From the NCBI RefSeq assembly GCF_963534045.1, contig NZ_CAUSQT010000002.1, positions 46,670 to 110,669 on the forward strand: a DNA stretch of 64,000 bases, in the 5' to 3' direction. Under the pieces are notes generated by a model that was not told the origin of the DNA, ran no database searches, and saw only the letters and a list, made by a program, of their open reading frames with translations. Made by a program: the position numbers and the translations under genes. This DNA is from an uncultured Veillonella sp. Lineage in GTDB: Bacteria; Bacillota; Negativicutes; Veillonellales; Veillonellaceae. Of the stretch, positions 59,289 through 64,000 are shown in pieces (position 1 is the stretch's first letter; every line of letters begins with the position of its first letter).

Positions 59289-60680
59289 ATGATGGCAGAG
59301 AAACAACTTTCACAAATTGCACAATGGGACCACGAATTTGTATGGCATCCATTTACACAAATGCAAGACTGGTTAGCACAAGAACCTGTAGTTATCGAAC
59401 GCGGTGAAGGCGTGTATTTGATTGATGACAAGGGTAAAAAGTATTATGATGGTGTATCATCCTTGTGGGTTAATATTCATGGCCATAATCATCCTGTGCT
59501 TAATCAAGCGTTGAAGGACCAAGTTGATAAGATTGCGCATAGCACATTGCTCGGATTGGTGAGCCCTCCATCAGCGCAGTTGTGTAAAGAATTAGTTGAA
59601 CTTGCACCAGAAGGTTTGGAAAAGGTATTCTTATCCGATGATGGTAGTACGGCTATTGAAGTCGCTATTAAGATGGCGTACCAATACCGTCAATTAGTAG
59701 GTCAAACAAAGAAAACGAAATTTATTGCACTCAATGCGGGCTATCATGGTGATACATTAGGTACTGTATCCGTAGGTGGAATTCAGTTGTTCCATCAAGT
59801 GTTCCATAATTTGTTGTTCAAACCTTTAACCTTGCCAAGCCCTGGTGTATACCGTGATGTAGCAGATCGAGATAAAGCATTTGAAGATTCCTTAGTAGAA
59901 TTGGAACGTATCCTCAATGAAGAAGGAGACGAAATTACAGCTCTCGTTATGGAACCATTAGTGCAAGCTGCGGCCGGTATGCTTGTTATGCCTCACGGCT
60001 ATTTAAAACGCGTTCGTGAGTTAACCGCCAAACATGATGTATTCCTCATCGTTGATGAAGTGGCAACAGGCTTTGGCCGTACAGGTAAATTCTTTGCTTG
60101 TGAACATGAAGGCGTATCGCCTGATTTTATGACCTTATCCAAAGGGATTACGGGTGGTTATTTGCCGTTGGCCGCTACATTGACTACAAAACGCGTATTC
60201 GATGCATTTCTTGGCACATTTGAAGAAAAGAAAACATTCTATCATGGCCATTCCTACACCGGTAATGCCTTGGCATGTGCTGTTGCATTGGCTTCGTTGA
60301 AAGTATTCCGCGATGAAAAGGTTATCGAAGGATTACCTGCGAAGGTTGAGGCTTTTACAAAGGCACTCAAACCTATCGAACAGTTAAAACATGTTAAAGA
60401 AGTGCGTCAACGAGGTCTTATTGTAGGTATTGAACTTGAAAAGGACGTTGCTACTCACGAAGCGTATCGCCCAAATGATGCGGTAGGTGCAAAGGTTGCC
60501 GTTCTAGCTCGTGAACAAGGCCTTATTTGCCGTCCAATCGGCGATGTGGTTATCCTTATGCCACCATTGGCATCCACGGTGGAACAATTGGAAGACATGG
60601 TTCGCATCGTAGGTGAAAGCATTAAACGTGCCACAGAAGAAGAGGGCGTATTAGAAGATTTGAAGCCAATCATTCTATAA
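59289..60680 (+). CDS. bioA: 7,8-diaminopelargonic acid aminotransferase
   Basis: WHPFTQM, YHGDT, DEVATGFGRTG, SKGITGGYLP. Confidence 0.96.
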   Translation: MMAEKQLSQIAQWDHEFVWHPFTQMQDWLAQEPVVIERGEGVYLIDDKGKKYYDGVSSLWVNIHGHNHPVLNQALKDQVDKIAHSTLLGLVSPPSAQLCKELVELAPEGLEKVFLSDDGSTAIEVAIKMAYQYRQLVGQTKKTKFIALNAGYHGDTLGTVSVGGIQLFHQVFHNLLFKPLTLPSPGVYRDVADRDKAFEDSLVELERILNEEGDEITALVMEPLVQAAAGMLVMPHGYLKRVRELTAKHDVFLIVDEVATGFGRTGKFFACEHEGVSPDFMTLSKGITGGYLPLAATLTTKRVFDAFLGTFEEKKTFYHGHSYTGNALACAVALASLKVFRDEKVIEGLPAKVEAFTKALKPIEQLKHVKEVRQRGLIVGIELEKDVATHEAYRPNDAVGAKVAVLAREQGLICRPIGDVVILMPPLASTVEQLEDMVRIVGESIKRATEEEGVLEDLKPIIL

Positions 60681-60801
60681 TTAAAAGCATTTTACTTGCA
60701 TAATGTAAAATATATTCTATACATTCTCAAAATACGATGATTATTCTGCATATCTATGATACTATATATGTATAGTATATATATTCAAAGGAGGTCATCG
60801 T

Positions 60802-62142
60802 ATGGACATTTATGTAATTATGCAAGTCATTATTTTGTTCGGTGCCATCTTCTTGGGCGTACGCCTCGGTGGCATGGGCATCGGCTATGCTGGCGGCCTC
60901 GGCGTCGTATTGCTGAGCCTCGGTATGGGGATGTTCCCAGGGCAAATCCCTTGGGATGTTATCCTAATCATTATGTCAGCCATTGCCGCGATTTGCGCAT
61001 TGCAGTTGGCTGGTGGTTTAGATTATTTAGTACGCATTGCGGAAAATATCTTGCGTAAAAATCCTAAACACATCAACTATTTAGCTCCTACCGTTACGTA
61101 TTTCTTGACAATCTTGGCTGGTACAGGTCATACGGCATTTTCTATGATTCCTGTAATTGTAGAGGTTGCAAAGAGCGAGAACATCAAGCCTTCCGTACCA
61201 CTATCGATTGCCGTTGTAGCCAGCCAAATCGGTATTACCGCAAGCCCTGTATCCGCAGCGGTTGTTGCTATGAGCGGATTCCTTGAACCGTTCGGTGTTA
61301 GCTATCCAACATTGCTTGGTATTTGTATTTCCACAACATTTATTGCGGTTATGATTACTGCCTTTATCATGTCGACCTTTACGAACAATGATTTGTCTTC
61401 TGATCCTGTTTACCAAGAACGTTTGGCAGCAGGCCATGTGGCACCACCTCGTGAAAAGAATGTGGATTTCCATCTAAAACCAGGTGCGAAAAAATCTGTT
61501 TTGATTTTCTTAATTGGTATCATTTGTATCGTATTCTATGCAACAGCGATTTCCAAGAATATCGGTATCATTAAACCGGTTATATTTGGTCGAAACGATG
61601 CCATCGTCGGATTCATGATGATTATTGCAGCGGCTATTACATTCTTCTGTAAACTAGATACAGCACAACTTGTCAACACAAGTACATTCAAATCTGGTTT
61701 ATCCGCCTGTGTCTGTGTTCTCGGCGTAGCATGGTTAGGCGATACCTTTGTAAAAGGTCATATTCCTGAAATTAAAGCCATGGCCTCTAGCATGGTAACG
61801 GCATATCCGTTCTTGTTAGCAGTTGCCTTCTTCTTTGCTAGTACGCTTTTGTATAGCCAAGCAGCGACTACACAAGCACTTGTACCGGCAGTAATCCTTG
61901 CTTTAGGTATTACTCCGGAAAATACGGGATCTGTATATATCATTATCGCATCCTTTGCGGCCGTATCTGCACTCTTTGTACTACCTACATACCCAACACT
62001 TTTGGGGGCTGTACAAATGGATGATACAGGTTCGACCCGAATCGGTCATCTCGTATTTAACCATCCATTCTTCATCCCAGGCGTACTTGCCATTGCTATT
62101 TCTGTAGCACTTGGTTTCGTTGTTGCTCCATTGATGTTGTAA
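60802..62142 (+). CDS. dcuA: Anaerobic C4-dicarboxylate transporter (DcuA/B family)
   Basis: GTGH, ITASPVSAA, LYSQAAT, LPTYPTLLGAVQMDDTGSTRIG. Confidence 0.92.
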   Translation: MDIYVIMQVIILFGAIFLGVRLGGMGIGYAGGLGVVLLSLGMGMFPGQIPWDVILIIMSAIAAICALQLAGGLDYLVRIAENILRKNPKHINYLAPTVTYFLTILAGTGHTAFSMIPVIVEVAKSENIKPSVPLSIAVVASQIGITASPVSAAVVAMSGFLEPFGVSYPTLLGICISTTFIAVMITAFIMSTFTNNDLSSDPVYQERLAAGHVAPPREKNVDFHLKPGAKKSVLIFLIGIICIVFYATAISKNIGIIKPVIFGRNDAIVGFMMIIAAAITFFCKLDTAQLVNTSTFKSGLSACVCVLGVAWLGDTFVKGHIPEIKAMASSMVTAYPFLLAVAFFFASTLLYSQAATTQALVPAVILALGITPENTGSVYIIIASFAAVSALFVLPTYPTLLGAVQMDDTGSTRIGHLVFNHPFFIPGVLAIAISVALGFVVAPLML

Positions 62143-62313
62143 TTGGTGAAAGCTTATAAAATCCTATACTATGCATAATACACAGGGCCTAGTCACATAC
62201 GACTAGGCCCTGTTAATTGTTGTGCAATGGATACATTATTGGAAAAATGCTATACTATAAGTAAGAGAGGGATATATATAGTGTGGTTAAGCAAGAGTAT
62301 ATAGGAGCCTATT

Positions 62314-62610
62314 ATGTATACGATTTCTATCAAGCTAGATATGAATCGCATCCCGCCGGAAGCATTCGAGGCATTGAGAGAGAAGCATCATATCTGGTAT
62401 AAAACATATTTTGATGCAGGAAAATTTTTAATGTTTGGCACAAGACCAGATAACTCTGGTGAAAACCTTATTATCGCTCAAGGAACAGTTGAGGACTTAG
62501 AAGAGGCTATACAATTCGACGCATATTATGCGGAGCAATTGGCAACCTATGAGATTCGCGAATATAAGGTAACATTGTTCAATGAAGCGATTAAAAACTA
62601 TATAGATTAA
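62314..62610 (+). CDS. YciI-like protein
   Basis: H..W......G.F...G and D.YY pattern, 98 aa. Confidence 0.65.
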   Translation: MYTISIKLDMNRIPPEAFEALREKHHIWYKTYFDAGKFLMFGTRPDNSGENLIIAQGTVEDLEEAIQFDAYYAEQLATYEIREYKVTLFNEAIKNYID

Positions 62611-62670
62611 TATTAGATATCCCATATGAAAGGGCCCCTAGTACATTAGACTAGGGGCCCTTTTGGCGTT

Positions 62671-63075
62671 TTATCTGTTTTTACAGTCCTTACAGATCCC
62701 CGCAATTTCTAGGTGATGCTCTGTTACTGTAAACCCCACATCTGTAAGTTCCTGTGGCATTTCTACGACGGGGCAGGTATGTAGAGGTATCATAGTTCCA
62801 CATTTCGTACATACCGCATAGTGACGGTGCGTATGGGGTGTAATTTCGTAGTACGCCATGTCGCTACCCATGATGGTGGTACGTGTAACGATATCTTTTG
62901 TTTCTAATAACTCAAGGGTTCGGTAAATGGTAGACATCCAGGTGGTGCTGCCATCGCCTAAGCGTTCAGCAATTTCGATGGCGGTAATCGGTTTATCCGT
63001 TGAGTTTAATACGGACCAAATAGCTTCGCGCTGTTTGGTCTTTTTTATGCCTTCTGGCCAATGTGTTGTATTCAT
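62671..63075 (-). CDS. Fur-family regulator, probably Zur
   Basis: TKQR, STIYRTL, HRHYAVCTKCG, GICKDC; downstream of a Zn permease. Confidence 0.88.
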   Translation of the reverse strand: MNTTHWPEGIKKTKQREAIWSVLNSTDKPITAIEIAERLGDGSTTWMSTIYRTLELLETKDIVTRTTIMGSDMAYYEITPHTHRHYAVCTKCGTMIPLHTCPVVEMPQELTDVGFTVTEHHLEIAGICKDCKNR

Positions 63076-63134
63076 AATAATGCTTTCTATTATGGGTTAA
63101 CTATTAACTGTATGTACTCTTGTACACATACTAT

Positions 63135-63953
63135 TTATTTACTAAATTGCATCCTCCGAATTATGGATTTAATGTTCTTGATGATGAGTACCACTAATAG
63201 GATGAATACCGATGTAAGTGATACAAAGCCACCTGGTGCTACGTTAAGATAATAGGATCCGAATAGGCCGATAATCATGGCCATTAAACTAAATCCAATG
63301 GAGCAGAGTAAGGTTGTTCTAAAACCTTTTTCCAATTGTAATGCAGAGGCTACCGGTAAGGCGATCATGGCACTTAATACGAGAACGCCGACGATTTTGA
63401 TGGAAATGGATACGGCTGCCGCCATTAAGATAGCAAATACATAGTTAATCAAATCCACTTTTACACCCGCTACTCGTGCTGCCTCTTCATCGTAGGCGAT
63501 GTAGAGCAGTGAGTTGTAGAGGAAATACAAGGTTAACACAGATAATATGGTGAGTACTGCAATGCTAATCATATCTGTAGTATTTACGGTTAAGATGCTA
63601 CCGAAGAAGAACACGTTAGCGTTAGCTTTCAGCTTGCCCGAACTGATGAGGGTAATGGCTGTACCGATGCTGAGAGATAAGATGATGGTAAGAATTAAAT
63701 CAAGATGATGAGAAAAGTATTTTCGCAAGAACTCGATAAGAGCGCCGCAGATAGCGGTGAATATGAAAGCCCCTAATATAGGGTTCGTATTGGTCAATAA
63801 ACCGAGGGTAATTCCGGCGAGGGATGCGTGGCTCATGGTGTCGCCAATCATACTGGACCGGCGTAGTACCATAAATATACCGATGCATGGGCATAATAGA
63901 GATATGCAGACTGCTACGAAGAAGGCATTTTGCATGAAATCATAATTAAACAT
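63135..63953 (-). CDS. znuB: Zn ABC transporter permease
   Basis: FMQNAF, IGDTMSHASLAG, FFGSI, VGVLVLSA; AAGGAGG RBS. Confidence 0.88.
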   Translation of the reverse strand: MFNYDFMQNAFFVAVCISLLCPCIGIFMVLRRSSMIGDTMSHASLAGITLGLLTNTNPILGAFIFTAICGALIEFLRKYFSHHLDLILTIILSLSIGTAITLISSGKLKANANVFFFGSILTVNTTDMISIAVLTILSVLTLYFLYNSLLYIAYDEEAARVAGVKVDLINYVFAILMAAAVSISIKIVGVLVLSAMIALPVASALQLEKGFRTTLLCSIGFSLMAMIIGLFGSYYLNVAPGGFVSLTSVFILLVVLIIKNIKSIIRRMQFSK

Positions 63954-64000
63954 GGCGCACCTCCTTAGTTGTTGTATCATCAGCCTGAGCCGTCACGTCT

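Noticed and set aside
63946..64000. 3' end of an upstream minus-strand gene, perhaps znuC
   Set aside because: Too little sequence to support a call.
1..64000. tRNA, rRNA, integrase, transposase or prophage genes
   Set aside because: None recognised in this window.

Overview
A 64 kb chromosomal window from a low-GC, diderm Firmicute. Veillonella-like Negativicutes is inferred from T-box leaders occurring with outer-membrane beta-barrels, TonB domains and a nar operon. Core content: T-box-controlled leuACDB and ileS, guaA, a Mn/Fe ABC transporter, PEP carboxykinase, a CooS-family protein, narK/fnr/narGHJI, bioDA, a Dcu transporter and zur/znuB. Accessory or unexplained features: (1) a dispersed family of about 10 long rod-like intergenic hairpins with conserved, covarying loop cores ending in AAGTC(G) and locus-specific arms; (2) four tandem passenger-less inverse-autotransporter barrels with hypervariable inserts, preceded by an unannotated 25-aa amphipathic peptide; (3) an unannotated Fst-like type I toxin-antitoxin locus next to a RelB/DinJ-like gene; (4) an AT-rich PD-(D/E)xK nuclease gene right after guaA; (5) a fused STAS-HATPase-STAS gene with a LexA-like box and an antisense sRNA candidate; (6) an Fnr homologue lacking its Fe-S cysteines and a CooS with a His-rich tail and a Cys-to-Asp change at a C-cluster position. 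All family calls come from motif recognition by eye; no searches were run.
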